A DNA stretch of 60,255 bases, filler included, from Nemertoderma westbladi (GCA_032718475.1; 3 parts of 3 records of this genome joined end to end with filler, not necessarily neighbours in it); one strand, 5' to 3'. Positions 36,286 through 48,715 are shown, numbered from the whole stretch's first letter. Made by a program: numbers and translations. Notes: generated from the sequence alone by a model not told the origin.

Positions 36286-38520
36286 TAGATTTATTTATAC
36301 ATTATGTAAAAACAATAACAAATACACCAAGCAATGTACCGGTATAAAGGTATTGTCCAACATAACATAAGGATTACCCCTAAAGCTTTGCAGCTTATTT
36401 CCAAGGGGGTCCTTTATGTTACTTGGTTACAAATACAATATTACACTACGCTAACCTAAAACGAATATAAACGTAATTACACTATGTACATGTACAACTT
36501 TACCGAGAGCGTGACAATGTCTGACTCAACGATAAAGATGTAATGTACATAACAATTTATTATAAAACGTAATTACAGTATAAATAGTAAATAATTAATA
36601 AACTAATAACTTACTGTAGGACTATTGTACCTATTTTTACATTGCACACGGAGGTGAGATTTAACTGCAGATTTAAAAGAATGTTGATTATCTAGGTTTT
36701 TAATTTCATTAGGCAGAGCGTTCCAATTTTTAATGCCGTTAAAAAGAAAGTATCAGATTCAAAGGATTTACAATTCGGGAGGTAGAAGTTTGAAGCACTA
36801 GCTCTGGTACTGTAAGAGTGTGTATCGCGTACTCTGTTGAATTTTTGTTTTAGGTAATTGGGACATTTACCATTATACACTTTATGCACATGGTTAAGGC
36901 GTAGCTGCTTAACTCTACTATCTAAGTTAAGTAGTCCAGATTCAGAAAAGTCATCTGGAGTTAGGTGGTGCCTAGGTTTGTAGTCTTTAATAAATCGTAC
37001 TACTTTATTATGAGCCACTTGTAATTTACATTTAAGCTGTTTGGTTAAGCCTTCATACCAAGAAGAAGAGCATGCATAGTTCATGTGACACTGTATTAAA
37101 GAAGAGCAAAGTAACTTGCGGGAGTCGGTGTTTAAACTATTTTTATTTCTGTATAGAAACCTAAGCCTACTGTTAACTTTCGAGAAAATATTTTTCACTG
37201 TACTTTCTCCTGATAAGCAGTTATCCAATGTGGCGCCTAAATATTTAACTTCCTTTTTATTTTCAATCTTATGTCCATTACTAGTGACTTCAAACTTAGG
37301 TACCTTCTTTAACTTTCTTTTGGAACCAAACAAAATACTTTCAGTCTTACCATAGTGAATGGATTGCTTATTATCAACCAACCACTCATCACAGGATTCT
37401 AGAACTGCACTTAACTTTTGGGAAATATGGATAGGATCTTTATGAGAGAAAATAAGAGTACTGTCGTCGGCATATAAAATGAGTTTAAAATCGGGATCTA
37501 TACTACTTATCATATCATTTACATAGCATACAAAAAGCAGAGGACCTAATATACTACCTTGCGGTACACCACAGGTAATCTCTTGTACAGTAGACTGCGA
37601 TTTGCTAATGACTACAGTTTGACCTCTGTCTGACAGGTAGGACTTGAACCAGTCTATAGAACCTACACCCATCAGGCCAAACTTAAGCAGAATTTCGTGA
37701 TCTACAGTATCGAAATCCTTTTGTAGGTCCAACATTACCATACCAGTATATAAACCCTTTGCGTTATTATATCTAATTTTATTCTGATTCTAATTGTAAA
37801 ATGTAATTGTATAGAATATGATTTACGAAAACCGGACTGAAGTTCATGATCAGATTTAGCCTACTAAGATGTGCCTCCAGCTGTAGAAAAACAGAACGTT
37901 CTAGAATTTTAGATACAATACTTAGATACTAACAGGTCTGTAATTACAGGGTCCTACTTTACTATTCTTTTTATACAGAGGAACAACCTTAGCTAATTTC
38001 AGTTGGTCTGGTACTACATTATATACGATAGAGTAATGAATAATAAAAGTAATAAGCACTTTAAGTACTTCAGCACCATCCTTAAGAAAACGGGCAGGTA
38101 TTAGGTCTAGACCGGTACTTTTTGAGGCTGATAGACTAAGTAGATTTTGAAAAACGAAATCCTCAGAAACGGGTTTTAAAAATATCTTTTCTGAATTTTG
38201 TAACTTTTCTAAATAAAAATTATTTAGAGTTTCGGACCCTATACTATATTTTATTACTTGGTAACGGTAACTTCTTAACTAAATTAGAGGCAACATTAGT
38301 AAAATAATTATTAAATAAATTACTAACTAAAGTATGATCATGAATCAGCTCACCGTTATCTTGCAGAACAATATTCGATTTAGGTTTAAGGTTTTTATAA
38401 CCTAAAGATTTTATGGTAGACCATAGACTTTTAGGGTTATCTTTATTCTCACTTATTTTGTTGTACAAATATTCAGATTTAGCTTTTTTTTATTTCCCGT
38501 TGGACAAGGTTTCTATATTT
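36286..38520 (-). mobile_element. CR1/L2-group LINE (Crack/Daphne-like), 5'-truncated and frameshifted
   Basis: LDLQKDFDTVDH, GVPQGSILGPLLF, YADD, VKYLG; 3' motif GGACCCCCTTGGAAATAAG and (TAAA)n-like end. Confidence 0.88.
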
Positions 38521-38790
38521 GTGGCTGGTTGCGAGAAAAGGGACCTGGGGAAAAAATGTTCATTCTGAGAAAAACGCGTTTAAAGTTTGGCTCTTATTAA
38601 AATCGACTGTTTTCATTGGTTTATTGGTCGTTATTGGGGGGTTTGTATTGGTTTATTGGTCGTTATATACATGTAGTCTTGCAAAAGTTTAGAAATTTTC
38701 CAAGTTGAATTTGCGTGTGGTCTCCTGAGATAAATTCAGTTAATTAATTAATGATTAATTACTTAATGTTGGTTAGGGTAAAAACAGCAT

Positions 38791-38890
38791 NNNNNNNNNN
38801 NNNNNNNNNNNNNNNNNNNNNNNNNNNNNNNNNNTTAATTAATTAANNNNNNNNNNNNNNNNNNNNNNNNNNNNNNNNNNNNNNNNNNNN
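38791..38890. other. Assembly gap with artificial six-frame-stop linker
   Basis: N44-TTAATTAATTAA-N44. Confidence 0.95.
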
Positions 38891-39380
38891 TTAGAGTTAG
38901 AGTTAGAGGGTACGTAGTACCGATAGTTAGAGAGTTAGTAGGTACGTAGTACCTAGAGTTAGTTAGTAGGTACGTAGTACCGATAGTTAGAGAGTTAGTA
39001 GGTACGTAGTACCTAGTTAGAGTTAGAGTTAGAGGGTACGTAGTACCGATAGTTAGAGAGTTAGTAGGTACGTAGTACCTAGAGTTAGTTAGTAGGTACG
39101 TAGTACCGATAGTTAGAGAGTTAGTAGGTACGTAGTACCTAGTTAGAGTTAGAGTTAGAGGGTACGTAGTACCGATAGTTAGAGAGTTAGTAGGTACGTA
39201 GTACCTAGTTAGAGTTAGAGTTAGAGGGTACGTAGTACCGATAGTTAGAGAGTTAGAGGGTACGTAGTACCAATAGTTAGCTAGAGTTAGTAGGTACGTA
39301 GTACCTAGTTAGAGTTAGAGTTAGTAGGTACGTAGTACCGTTAGTTAGAGTTAGAGGGTACGTAGCACCATTAGTTAGAA
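38891..39380. repeat. Composite tandem repeat of GTTAGA runs and GGTACGTAGTACC hairpin units
   Basis: About 15 GGTACGTAGTACC cores separated by (GTTAGA)1-3. Confidence 0.92.
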
Positions 39381-39878
39381 GAGAGGGAGTAAGAGGTAAA
39401 GGGGGTAAATAGGATATAGATATTAGTTAGCAGTAAGTAGAGTTAGTAGCGAGAGGGGGGCATATGAGTGCAGCTGGATAAATCGTGTGGCCACACGACG
39501 CATACTGCTGTACTGCATAGGCCCACAGAGTAGGCCAGAATATGGATCAGAGAATAGAATAAATCCATAGGCAGTAGTAAGTAGTAGGACAGTAGAATCA
39601 AAGAAAAATAAACAAATAAATAGAATAGGGCTAAAATCGTAAAATAGTGGCAACACAAGGAAAGTCGTTCTAGAACATAATAAAAGTAACGGACAGAAAT
39701 TGTAAATTAGGCTGATTTACTAGCTCCGAAATTAATTAGGTTAAATTAAGCTTGAAAGGCGCAATTAAGTAGAAAGTAGGCCATTATCGAACTGTACGAA
39801 ACATCTTAAATACTTCACTCATCTGTATTGCGCCTTGGTAAGGCACCACCCTGCAGGTGAGCGAGTGTAGTGTTCGGA

Positions 39879-42413
39879 ATGGCGAGTAAGCTGATCAGGA
39901 AGAGAAAGGCGGAGTCAGGAGGAAAAGAAATACTGGTGGATTTCACCGAAAGACACCCGGAGGAGAAGACGAGAGGATACTACGAGAGGTTGGAAAGGGG
40001 TCACGCGGCACGAGCGCTGCAGGATCACTTCCGGGAGGCGCACGAACAGCGGTTGGTCGGGACCTACGGAACGCCGTCGCTGGACAACGCGATCTTCCAA
40101 CACTTCCACTACGTGGTGAAAGGGGACGAAGCGAAGTTCGGGATTCCGAAGTATCCGAGGGAATCGCCGAGGAAGGACTGGAAAAGATTCATAGAGTCCG
40201 TCAACAGGGGAGGATATATGATCCTAGATGACGAGGGAACCGTGGAAGACGAAGCGGGTTCGAGACGAGGAACGGCAGGGTCGGCCAGGACCATACTCCT
40301 ACATTTGGCCGCGCCAAATGGGGACATCTTCTTATTCGACCTAGGGACGTATGGGAAGAAGGACGGGCCGAAATTAGACCGATTGCCGAAAGCGGTACAA
40401 GTCTTAGTAAGAGAGAAGTCGACGACGAAAGTGGGATCGGCGATTCGCGAGGACGCGGAGAGGATCATCGGTCCAGACGCCACCAACCTCCTGGATATGC
40501 AGAAAGTCTTTATGGCTATGACGGCACCGGATGGATTGGGGGTGGTCGAGAACTCAGGCCAATGCGGGGCGGTGGCGATGGGCCAATTATTGGGGCTCGT
40601 ATGCCACAAACCAATGGATTGGGGGAAGTTTAGGGAAGAATACGGAGCAGAACTAGCGAACTCGCTGAAGTGGGGAGCGAGACCGGGAAAGCAGGAGGTA
40701 TATCAGTTTCGCAGAGGAGCGATAAAGGTATATCAGAAGCGATATATCCTGCAGGAGGACTGGATGATGATAAGTTTGCTTAACTTATTCATGACCGTAG
40801 TTATCGAAAGGGAACCAGGGGCATTTCTGTTATTGGGATCACCCCTAAGCTACAGGAGAGCCTTTAAAGTGGCCTTTGACGGTCTGGTAGACCACCCGGG
40901 GCTGAAGGGCGAGTCGGTGTACTACAACAGCCGACATCTGGTAGACGGGGAGACAGATACACCGTATCAGAGATGGGAGCAGCTAGAGGCGGACAGACGA
41001 GAAGCAAAGCGACTGGAAGAAGTCGCTAGACGGGAGAGGATAGAAGCAGAGGAGAGGGAAGAGGAGGCCAGGGCACAGAGTTACGGCTTCGAGGAACAGG
41101 CGGGCCTAGACGAACTTCATTGGACTTCGTCAGGGAGTTCGGGGGAGTCTCTAGGGCGAGAATTGGGATGGACGGTGGGATCGCCGAAACAGTCGACGTC
41201 GGGGTTGCAAACGATGCCCATACCAGCGGGCGCCGAGGGCGACCAACCGCCAAGGAAGTTAAGGGAGCTAGAGGGATGGAGAGCTACGGGCGAGAGCCAA
41301 GGCGGGAAGGGACATAGTGGGTCCATCGGGATACCGGGATTGGAGACACTACCGGAAGAGGAGGACGACGACGACGAATTCGGAGAGATGCCGCCCATCG
41401 AGAGGATAGGCCACTCGGACACGGACTGGGTTGGCGGAAGGGTGGTGACGGCCAGTGGGGCGAGGGCCTTCTGGAACAGATCCGGCAAGCGGACCTGGGT
41501 GCACGAGGAGCCGGCGATGGATTTCGCGGGGAGCACCATCAGGTTGGGCGAGCAACCGGGGACGGCACCACTGATAGTATTCGGGGAGACGATGCCCGAG
41601 AGGGGCGGAGAGATCGACGTAAACAGGGAGAGCAACGTAGAGAAGTTCGCCTACCAGCAACTCCATAGACCGCGGAGATCGCTTGGGACGAAGGACGAGG
41701 TGGGACGGGAGACATTGGTACTCGGCTGCGACTACTGTGGGAGACAGACCCATCGGGAAAGCAGCTGCCTGTACCGGTTCCAACGGGGAACCTTTTGTCT
41801 CTACTGTAGAGAACCGAGTCACAGGATGGGGGCGTGTCCACGGTTGCATAACCGATGTCCAAAGTGCCACTTTCGGGGGCACTACGGACGCGAGTGCGAC
41901 TGGATGAGCGACGAGGAGAAGTTCACGAGGTTCGAGGAGTGGGCCGACGTCGGGGCCATGACGCGCCAGCGCATGAAGGCCCAAGAGTTCAAGTGGGGTT
42001 TCTTCCTTATAAACCAGGAGACCCACATGGAAATCATAAAGCGAAGGTTACCGTTTACCTATCAAGAGGTAGCTACGGCGGCATCGTTCGCCGGAGTTAT
42101 GAACACGCAACGGTACCTGGACAGGTGGACACCAGAGAACCGGAGGGAGTTTAGGGATTTCTTGGCGGAACACGTACCAAAGGCAATGAAAATGATCCTA
42201 TGGGACGCCACACGAGGGAGACAACCAGGCCATTCTGAGGGGCCACCGGCGAAGCGGTATCGGGCTTTAATAGCACCAGCGCCCAAGGAGCCGACAACCG
42301 GGATCAGCAAGGAAGTGGCAGCAAAGGTCCGGAAGCAGAAAGCGGATGATGCCAGAGGAGCGGTGATAACCAAGAAACGGGCCAGGGAAGAGGACGTGAG
42401 GAGGTACAGATGA
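39879..42413 (+). CDS. Putative DEDDy (RNase D/WRN-like) 3'-5' exonuclease, acidic linker, three CCHC zinc knuckles (844 aa)
   Basis: Intact, intronless, purine-rich ORF; ILDDEG, IFLFDL, LPKAV..LV.....TKVGSAIREDAERI, LLDMQ, QKRYILQED; CDYCGRQTHRESSC, CLYCREPSHRMGAC, CPKCHFRGHYGREC. Confidence 0.7.
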   Translation: MASKLIRKRKAESGGKEILVDFTERHPEEKTRGYYERLERGHAARALQDHFREAHEQRLVGTYGTPSLDNAIFQHFHYVVKGDEAKFGIPKYPRESPRKDWKRFIESVNRGGYMILDDEGTVEDEAGSRRGTAGSARTILLHLAAPNGDIFLFDLGTYGKKDGPKLDRLPKAVQVLVREKSTTKVGSAIREDAERIIGPDATNLLDMQKVFMAMTAPDGLGVVENSGQCGAVAMGQLLGLVCHKPMDWGKFREEYGAELANSLKWGARPGKQEVYQFRRGAIKVYQKRYILQEDWMMISLLNLFMTVVIEREPGAFLLLGSPLSYRRAFKVAFDGLVDHPGLKGESVYYNSRHLVDGETDTPYQRWEQLEADRREAKRLEEVARRERIEAEEREEEARAQSYGFEEQAGLDELHWTSSGSSGESLGRELGWTVGSPKQSTSGLQTMPIPAGAEGDQPPRKLRELEGWRATGESQGGKGHSGSIGIPGLETLPEEEDDDDEFGEMPPIERIGHSDTDWVGGRVVTASGARAFWNRSGKRTWVHEEPAMDFAGSTIRLGEQPGTAPLIVFGETMPERGGEIDVNRESNVEKFAYQQLHRPRRSLGTKDEVGRETLVLGCDYCGRQTHRESSCLYRFQRGTFCLYCREPSHRMGACPRLHNRCPKCHFRGHYGRECDWMSDEEKFTRFEEWADVGAMTRQRMKAQEFKWGFFLINQETHMEIIKRRLPFTYQEVATAASFAGVMNTQRYLDRWTPENRREFRDFLAEHVPKAMKMILWDATRGRQPGHSEGPPAKRYRALIAPAPKEPTTGISKEVAAKVRKQKADDARGAVITKKRAREEDVRRYR

Positions 42414-43114
42414 GTTCCCGGAGACGAGGGAATGAGACTGAGACTGGGAAGTGATGCGCCTGGAAGGCGCCGCATGTAACGCACGAACTATTAAGTATAA
42501 ATTTAATTAATGCAAATAATCATATAAGTGCAATTTGTATGTACGTACGTAGTGATTAGCAGTAAAATACATACGTTTGGAGTAAGTACTATAGTCATAC
42601 AACCTTTCTCAACTAGCTAGTGGGACTGGGGGGAATAACTGACTATGGCACTATGGACGAGACAACTGACAATTTCACACTTCTCGAGTGCGACGGCACG
42701 AGAGGGGGGGGGAGGTTCGTCAGGAGAGATAAAACAGTCGAAGTGAGGTTGAGGGACGTAGTGATAGAGTGGAGTGCAAAGAGAGTGCGGACGCGATTCT
42801 AGAGTGTGGGAGGGGAGAATAAGAGGCTGAGTAAGGGACGGGGAGGTCCGAATGTGAGAGAGCTAGGGTGAGAGTGAAGGTGAGATAGGGCGAAAGTGTT
42901 GGGGAAACAAAGGTCGTGTGAAGAGGTGAGCGCGATCGGCCCGACATGAGACGCCAGGCACACAGGGTAGCGTTATCATACCCATAGGGGGCGGCCTGGA
43001 AAGCCGGCTCCTAGAGAAAAGAATTCCACCCCACACCCGATACTAGATCGGGATCCAGCGGGATTGTAACGCACTTTTTTGGTTGATGCTATCTTCTTAC
43101 CGGGAAGATAGCAT

Positions 43115-43123
43115 GGGGGGGAG
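43115..43123 (+). promoter_or_regulatory. Polypurine tract preceded by an 11-bp hairpin
   Basis: GGGGGGGAG immediately before TGTTAG; ATGCTATCTTC/GAAGATAGCAT at 43086-43114. Confidence 0.65.
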
Positions 43124-43665
43124 TGTTAGCTTATTCAATCCCGCCAACACCCCATAAAGTTGTAAGCCGATAAGCAATATTGGGAGCCACGAGATTGGGC
43201 AATTAACCAACTCGTGCCATCCCAATGAGAATGGGAAGGAGAACCACACAATAGAGGGTCAGGGGCCAAACCCCTAACCCAGAGGAAACAGGTGGAGTGA
43301 ACGGGAATACTCCACGGGGCGCCAACAAGGGTATTAACCAATCAGAGGGGGGAATGGCATCGATTGAGTAGCAGTAAGGCCACCGTGCAATATAACCAAT
43401 AACCTATTAATCAGTGATTCAGTTATCTCAGTGCAGCAGTGCTAGCGTAGGGTACAGTCAATTAGTTTAGTTAGGGGATCACGGGACTTTAGTTACCGTA
43501 TCCCGCCTTGTACACATTATATCTATATCTATATCCTATGCCCTATTATTATTATACACCGAACTTCAGAACTCAGTTACTTTATTTCACCCTTATACAC
43601 GGCGGGGACGCGTGGACTAAATTACCACATCGGATAAATCGGGATCCCTCCTGGATCCCGTCACA
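43124..43665 (+). repeat. Putative 3' LTR (~542 bp)
   Basis: TGTTA...TCACA after the PPT; TATA-like TATAAC at ~43391; ends abruptly inside a satellite unit. Confidence 0.6.
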
Positions 43666-44292
43666 AACCAAAACAATAAACAGTCACTTTACCAAATCAT
43701 GGAAAGGAGCAGGTTACAGAGACGGGATTTTCTAACCAAAACAATAAACGATCACTTAACTAATTGAGGGAAAGGAGCAGGTTACAGAGGCGGGATTTTC
43801 TAACCAAAACAATAAACGATCACTTAACTTATTGAGGGAAAGGAGCAGGTTACAGAGGCGGGATTTTCTAACCAAAACAATAAACGGTAACATTACCAAT
43901 TGAGAGAAAGGAGCAGGTTACAGATGCGGGAATTTCTAACCAAAACAATAAACAGTCACTTTACCAAATCAGGGAAAGGAGCAGGTTACAGAGACGGGAT
44001 TTTCTAACCCAAACAATAAACGATAACATTACCAATTGAGAGAAAGGAGCAGGTTACAGAGGCGGGATTTCCTAACCAAAACAATAAACAATCACTTAAT
44101 TAATTGAGGGAAAGGGGCAGGTTACAGAGGCGGGATTTTCTAACCAAAACAATAAACAGTCACTTTACAAAATGAAGGAAAGGAGCAGGTTACAGAGGCA
44201 GGCCTTTCTAACCAAAACAATAAACGGTCACTTTACCAAATCAGGCAAAGGAGCAGGTTACAGATGAGGCGGGATTTTCTAACCAAAACAAC
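43666..44292. repeat. 68-bp tandem array (~9 units) related to the interior of the 8-bp-TSD MITE
   Basis: GAAAGGAGCAGGTTACAGA..GGGATTTTCTAACCAAAACAATAAAC with period 68 (43701, 43769, 43837...); monomer also at ~275-335, ~48580-48640 (reverse) and ~58330-58375. Confidence 0.93.
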
Positions 44293-45092
44293 CGGTCAGT
44301 CAGTAGGCCTACCAGTACCGTATTTAAATGGTAGGCTACACAGTAGGCCTACAGCAGTACCGGTGCCGGTACCGGTACTAAAATACAGAAATGCCTGCTT
44401 TATACTGTACCTACATCTGTACATACAATACAGCAAAATAGTGCTATATATACTAATACCGGTACTGATAGCCTGAGAGAACAGCAGTAGAGAAACCGGT
44501 AGCATGGAACCTAACATTAGACTTTTGGAGGACATAAAAAATCAAAAAAAGGACAAAAAAAGGATTTAAACGGACAATAAAAATTATTGCGCTTTGGCAT
44601 TCTGGCATTTTCCAGGTACCTAAATAATTGCAACCAGCGTAAATGCCAAAATGCCAGAGTGCTTTTGGGGAATTGTAGAATGATTCCTTAACAGTTCCCA
44701 AAAGGCACTTTGGCATTCTGGCATTTAGTTGAAATTCATTATTCACTGAGATCCGGGTAATGAATTTTATCCGTTTTTAAGAACACTTACTGTATAAGTG
44801 TAAAGTGTGTATAATGTACTGTACTCTAAAAATGCAATAATATTTAATTGATAAAGTTTCAACATACAATTAATAAAAATATATATTACAGTATTAGGCT
44901 ACAATATTATAATTTAATACAACGCAATGGTCAGATGGTCTCACATTTATTATGCACAATATCCAATGGATAATAATATTATCATTATGTACTTGTAACG
45001 TCGAGATATATTTAGTCCACCAAGTCGTTAATTATTTTATTATTAATTATTATTCGTGTCAGTATGCTGATATTGTCGCTGATATATATATT

Positions 45093-45346
45093 GTCGCAGT
45101 GTCCGAGTGGATACGGCGCCTGAACTGCTTACACAATAGTGTTTGGTGGCGCAGGTTCGAATCTGACTAAAGGCTGTAGAAATTTCGCACTGTTGTGTCC
45201 CTAGGCAAGACACTTTAGACATTAGTGCCTACGTCAACCCAGCGGTATAATGGGAACCTGGCTTTGCTGGGGTAATGATAATAAAAGCGCTTTGAGTATG
45301 CTGAGCGTAGAAAAGCGCTATATAAATAACCAATATTATTATTATT
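45093..45346 (+). mobile_element. tRNA-derived SINE with conserved core and L2-type 3' tail
   Basis: A box TGTCCGAGTGG, B box GGTTCGAATC, core GTTGTGTCCCTAGGCAAGACACTTT, tail AAAGCGCTTTGAG...AAAGCGCTATATAAAT...(TAT)n. Confidence 0.85.
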
Positions 45347-46687
45347 TTATTATTATATTACAGTATTATTAGAAAATGACATGAACATTTCTAAATTATA
45401 CTGCATAATACATTACATACGTAACTGCATAAATGCATACTGATAATAATTGTAATTTAATGTAAAACAAAAAGGACTTGTAATTAATTCGAATAAATTC
45501 AAAACGGTACCATCCGATAAACTAAACTATAGGCCTACTGGTGGGTGTTGGCTGTTGGGATGCCTAAGAGCGAGGTTATCATTCGCAGTATTGACTGAGT
45601 CTGTGTCTGATTAGTGCCTCCCCCACATCATGCAGAATACGTGGATAGCACTAGCGTCTGAGCCTGAGCGTCTACCAGATCTGCTAATTTGCTGTAATAA
45701 TGGTATAATGTTTCTGACGGATATTCTACATACTACAAAAAGTTTCCGGTTGTTATGCGGTTACTCAAATCAATTCTTTTTTAATCCCCCAATTGGTCTT
45801 ACAGTAGTTACATATTGAATCTATGTTCAATATGGGTGATAAGAAAAGACCTGACTGCGTCGGTAAATAATTATTAACTTGGGTAATGAACATGTAAGGT
45901 AATTTGCAAGGGATTTCTTGTAAACAGATAGTAACTATATTTAAAGTGATGAATCATTACAGGAGGTCATTTATTGCTAGTTTCCATGGTTACATGGCAA
46001 CTTCCAATCCATTTTTATGGCGCCACAATTAAAAATATAGAGGGTCTTATTGACAATATGTGAGGTTTGATCAACCTAGCGTTGCAAAATATTATTTCAC
46101 AGATTAGAGGTTAAAGTCAGAATTGTTGATTTCATTTAAAAAAATCGAATTTTATTTTTTTACTTTTTCTAGAATGGAATTTTTTGTTAATTCTCGAAGC
46201 TGTAAATGAAATTTTCATATCTATTTTAGTTTTGGAGTTATTTGATTTTTTTAGACCTCACTCATTTTGAAATTATTATAAATTTAACTGGCCAATTTTT
46301 TGTACTGTAAGATAGCTATTACTTTTTCAAAATACTGTAATTGTATTTGTCCTACAGGATAATTTTCGCTATGAGTTTACCTGTTCAGTGATTTTATTTC
46401 CATTGTTACTATCCACGCCTGCCGGATTCCAGACTGTCTATCAGTCTGTCTGTCTGTGTGTCGGTTTGTCTGACAAAATTAGGGAAACATGATATCAAAG
46501 AAAATGTTTTGCTTTCGGGGGAAATGAAATCACCGACCAAGAAAACCCCTTAAAAAAATTTGTTTGTTAATTTGATTAATTTTTCAATTTTAACAGACAC
46601 ATACAGACATACCAATTATTGATTGGTATTCATTCTTATCTTAATATCAATTTTTGATATTAATATTACAAATTAATTGTTGATTAT

Positions 46688-47290
46688 TGATAATAATCAA
46701 CTAAGGAAGGTCGACGACTTCCAGTACCTTGGATCATGGATAGAGAGTAGCAAAAAGGACATAGAAGTTAAGAAAACAAAGGCTTGAGTAGCTCTATCAA
46801 AAATGGATACCATCTCAAAATCAGATCTCTCCAGGCACCTGAAGACTAAGTTCTTTCGAGCTACAGTAGAAAGTGTATTTTTATACGGGGGTGAGACCTG
46901 GACGCTGACTAAATCACTTGAACAACGAATTGATGGTTGCTACACAAGACTACTAAGGGCAGCCCTAACCATCAGCTGGATACAATACATAACAAACGCC
47001 GAGCTTTATGGTACAATACCGCCTGCATCAACCACCCTCCGTGAACGCAGATTATGATTCAGTAGGCCCTGCTGGCGAAGTAAAGACGAGGTCATACCAG
47101 ATCTACTTTTCTGGCAACCAACTCATGGAAAGCGTAGTCGTGGACGACCGGCCATAACATATATAGAAAAACTTGAAAGGGATACTGAACTTGGGAGAAA
47201 CGAAATTGCGACAACTATGGAGAATCGGGAAGCCTGGAAGGATCTCATTTCCACTGTCCGAGTTCGCTCGACCTAGTAGTAGTAGTAGTA
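46688..47290 (+). mobile_element. RTE family B 3' fragment
   Basis: Near-identical to the reverse complement of 7535-8130; (TAG)n tail. Confidence 0.9.
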
Positions 47291-48442
47291 GACATACCAA
47301 AAACAGACAGACTGACTGACAGGCAGACAATGCCTGTAGAATCAGTAAATAGTTGAAAACCGACATCGTAATTGAAATCATCGGCAAATAAAAAGCCAAT
47401 AGCAAAAAAATGTAGGTGGTGGTGCTTTATTTATTTATTAGTTACATGTTTTGACAGACAAGTATTCAGACAAACAGACTAAATGACCTCCAATAAAAAT
47501 AAAAATTAAAATATTGTCGCCAAGTTTCCATACACTGATGTGTATTTGAATTCTGACATGTACCTAATTATTTACAGGTCTGCTTTGAAATATCGTAAAA
47601 GTGTACATTTGAAAAATCCCCGTTATTACAGAAAATTTGCGGGAACGTTTAAAGCCGTTTTTCTCAAAACTTTGGTAATATTTGGTCATTAGACTACTAA
47701 TATTCAAAACTCAATATCGCGACAACACTTTATCGGATTTGAAATCTGTTTCCCGTTTCCGTTTCCGGGGTTACCCTATTTATAATAGTAAACTGTGTTA
47801 TATGGGTTGCTTTAAAAAATAATTCTTTATCATGCGGTCTATGCAAAACTGGCATATTATAGGAGGTTTTATGAAACGATAAATATCTCAGTTATACTTG
47901 GGAGTATGGCCTTCTAAGTGTGTTAATCGGATTCAGAATACATTTTAACATAAAGAAATGCAGCATTCTCCAATTCGGCAAAAATGGCATATAGGTGGTT
48001 TCAAAATGAAAGTGACGAGTTAAAGTCAGTTTATTCTGAATTAATATGATAATAAGCTAAATATATAATAATAACCTAAAATAAATAATAACTATAAACA
48101 GGTGTATCTAAATAAATGTTATATTTTATATACTCTGATATATATCTATGTGTTCATCTAAATAATATAACTTGCTGACAAATAATATAGAAATTTCTAA
48201 TTTAATATTTAGAAATTTAAAATTTACTCATTTTTATTATTATATCTTTTACAGATAAATAATATCCTGTTAAAATGTTGAAGTTTATACATTATTTATA
48301 TATAATATCAAGGCAATTTGTTGATGAATTTAAGTTGCTGATAAATAATTATATTATTGTCACTTCTCAATAAATATATACAATAATAACCTGAATAAAT
48401 AATAACTATTCATGTGTAGCTAAATATACGATATAGATAAAT

Positions 48443-48715
48443 CAGATAGGGGGGGGGGGGGGGGGGGGGGGGTGTGGGGGAAACTGGACGCAATAAAAAT
48501 TCATCCCTCTCCAGAGGAAAATCTATGCAAATAACTGCAAATAACTCAAAAATAAAACTGTAACCTGTTGTATTGTGTTTAGTTTATTGTTTTGGTTAAA
48601 ATAATGTGCCACTGTAACCTGCTCCTTTCCCTAAATTGAGAATTTAACATTGAGGCGGGATATTAATTCGCCATGGGATTTGCGTCGAGTCCCCCCCCCC
48701 CTCCCCCTCTGTCTC
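48443..48715. mobile_element. Second copy of the poly-G/C MITE, 8-bp TSD
   Basis: TSD AGATAAAT at 48435-48442 and 48716-48723; reverse complement of 198-485. Confidence 0.85.

Noticed and set aside
39915-42484. Overlapping short and antisense ORFs within the exonuclease gene
   Set aside because: Expected by-products of GC-rich coding sequence; no recognisable motifs
43666-44292. CRISPR-like repeat/spacer pattern
   Set aside because: The variable parts are homologous variants of each other, no cas genes are present, the context is eukaryotic, and the unit is part of a MITE
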